A model generated the notes under the pieces. The model ran no database searches. It saw only the letters and a program-made list of their open reading frames with translations, and had not been told where the DNA came from. DNA of 34,263 bases from a virus (lineage: Duplodnaviria > Caudoviricetes). Both the position numbers and the translations under genes were made by a program. The DNA is taken from IMG/VR virus record IMGVR_UViG_3300047275_000117, positions 1 through 34,263 of that record. One strand, written 5' to 3'. Below, piece after piece: positions 32,860-34,263 of this stretch (its first letter is position 1; every line of letters starts with the position of its first letter).

Positions 32860-34263
32860 CTTCCCCCCAACAGTCCGCTAATCCAGTTGGTTGCTTGGCT
32901 TGCAGTCTGCGGGAACAGATTCGCAGCGGTTCCAAGGATGCTTACCCCAGCGCCCAAGTTGCTTAAGAACGAATTGCCCTGTTGTTGAGGCATCGCAGTC
33001 AAACTACCTAGGGGGCTACCGTACACACTCGACAAATACCCGCCTAGTTGCTGGTAAGGCAACTGCTGTGCGTAGTTGTATCGAGTAATCGCTTCTTGCA
33101 GAGGTTGCCCAGCAATCGCTTCTCTCTGTGCGCCAACCTGCGCCAAAGCCTGAGATGGCAGGAACTGTTGAGCGTAGAATTGAGGAGCTTGAGCAGCGGT
33201 TCCAAGACGTGTTTGGAGGGCTTGTTGCTGCGCTCCTGCGAGTGCTTGTGCTGCGCCAAACTGCTGACCAAACTGTTGAGCCTGAGCGCCCTGAAGACCC
33301 TGTGCGCCTGCAAGGATGTTCCCAAAGCCTTGCTGCTGAAGACCCGCAACTTGACCAAGCACGTTTGCTTGAGCGCCACGAGCAGCCTCTTGAAACCCAC
33401 GCTCTTGCGTGTAGGTCTGTTGTCCGATCTGTGTAGCAATATCTCCGATTGCACGAGCAGCAGACTCTGTAGCAGCGCCAATCGCTCTCTCCTGTGCGCC
33501 AGAACCGTATCGCCCAGCACGAGAAAACTGAGACTGAAGTGCAGGCAATGTCTGCTCTAGGAACTGCTCACGAATTGGACGAGTGGACTGCTCGATGAGT
33601 TGCTGCTGGTAAGGTGATCCGGTCAGGAACTGTCCTGCCGCTACGTTTCCAAATCCCTGAGCAACACTTTCAAGGCCAGCAGTCTCCGGTGTAAAAGCAC
33701 CCTGCATCGCCTGTTGATAAGCGCTCAGTCCAGGTTGAGTCGCTCCAAGGCTGTACAGGTTCTGAAGGTTCTCTTGACCATAAGTAGGAGCGTTAAGCCC
33801 TTGCAGGAAAGCGCCCTGAGACCCGATTAGCGCAGCATTGGGAGAGCTTGCAATAGCCTCTTGAGCCGATAGCGCAGAGAGCGTCTGTTCACTCGGGGAG
33901 ACGTACATCTGCCCTGGGTACAACTGTGGCCCTGGTTGATTTAAGAAGAGGCCCCTCGCTACGCTCAAACCTTCTCGCAGGTAAGGTGCGATGGTTGGGT
34001 CAATTCGTGACTCGCCTGCGCCCTGAGCTAAAGGGGATGCTGTGGTTGATAGTTGAGTTGTTGGTGGGGGCGTTACGGTTGTGGTCGTATTTGTGACATT
34101 TCCACCACGTCCCGTTAGATAGTTCCAAGCCTCATCTGTCTGCACTCCAAACTGAGCGTTAGCAGCAGAACGAATCTGAGCGTCTGTATACCCCTGAGCC
34201 AATAGGCTTTGATAGTAAGACTGTTTTTGAGCTTGGGTAAGAGAAGCTATATTGGAAGGGAAG
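32856..34263 (-). CDS. 3' part of a Q/A/G-rich ejection protein, open at the right edge
   Basis: The frame is open beyond the track start (34202) to the window end: FPSNIASLTQAQKQSYYQSLLAQGYTDAQIR...; contains the SQFSRAGRYGSGAQ motif and a Gly-rich hydrophobic C-terminus. Confidence 0.8.
   Translation of the reverse strand, partial: FPSNIASLTQAQKQSYYQSLLAQGYTDAQIRSAANAQFGVQTDEAWNYLTGRGGNVTNTTTTVTPPPTTQLSTTASPLAQGAGESRIDPTIAPYLREGLSVARGLFLNQPGPQLYPGQMYVSPSEQTLSALSAQEAIASSPNAALIGSQGAFLQGLNAPTYGQENLQNLYSLGATQPGLSAYQQAMQGAFTPETAGLESVAQGFGNVAAGQFLTGSPYQQQLIEQSTRPIREQFLEQTLPALQSQFSRAGRYGSGAQERAIGAATESAARAIGDIATQIGQQTYTQERGFQEAARGAQANVLGQVAGLQQQGFGNILAGAQGLQGAQAQQFGQQFGAAQALAGAQQQALQTRLGTAAQAPQFYAQQFLPSQALAQVGAQREAIAGQPLQEAITRYNYAQQLPYQQLGGYLSSVYGSPLGSLTAMPQQQGNSFLSNLGAGVSILGTAANLFPQTASQATNWISGLLGGR

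Noticed and set aside
1-34263. Direct terminal repeats or exact circular overlap
   Set aside because: The ends are similar only at the protein-repeat level; there is no nucleotide overlap.

Overview
The window is a near-complete, probably circularly permuted ~34 kb genome of a P22-like short-tailed dsDNA phage. The host is likely proteobacterial (inferred from sigma70-like promoters, a GH24 lysozyme and a DDDEVPF SSB-type tail). It has three transcription units. (1) A short leftward early operon (16016->13918) with an SSAP and small HTH/membrane proteins. (2) A rightward early/middle operon (16121->21881) with a nuclease, a structured non-coding region, a truncated replication initiator, a C5 DNA methyltransferase, NinB, a Ref-like HNH, a GT2, a Q-like antiterminator, a YqaJ exonuclease, a mini-SSB and a MazG-like protein. 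(3) A very long leftward late operon starting at a promoter/terminator pair near 13940. It runs through small basic proteins, methyltransferases, terminase, portal, scaffold, capsid and tail genes, then apparently wraps across the contig break inside a repeat-containing ejection protein. It continues through ejection proteins, tail fibre, a beta-propeller adhesin and the lysis genes. I recognised no integrase, CI-type repressor, DNA polymerase, primase, helicase, tRNA or CRISPR array. The most notable signals are: a ~430 nt structured RNA region (a C4/CI-like antisense element plus a pseudoknotted downstream RNA) ahead of an initiator lacking its DNA-binding domain; a short late-leader RNA complementary to the ribosome-binding sites of three early genes; a C5 methyltransferase apparently split over two fully overlapping reading frames; and a nested double beta-propeller adhesin. 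All functional calls come from motif recognition by eye, without database searches.
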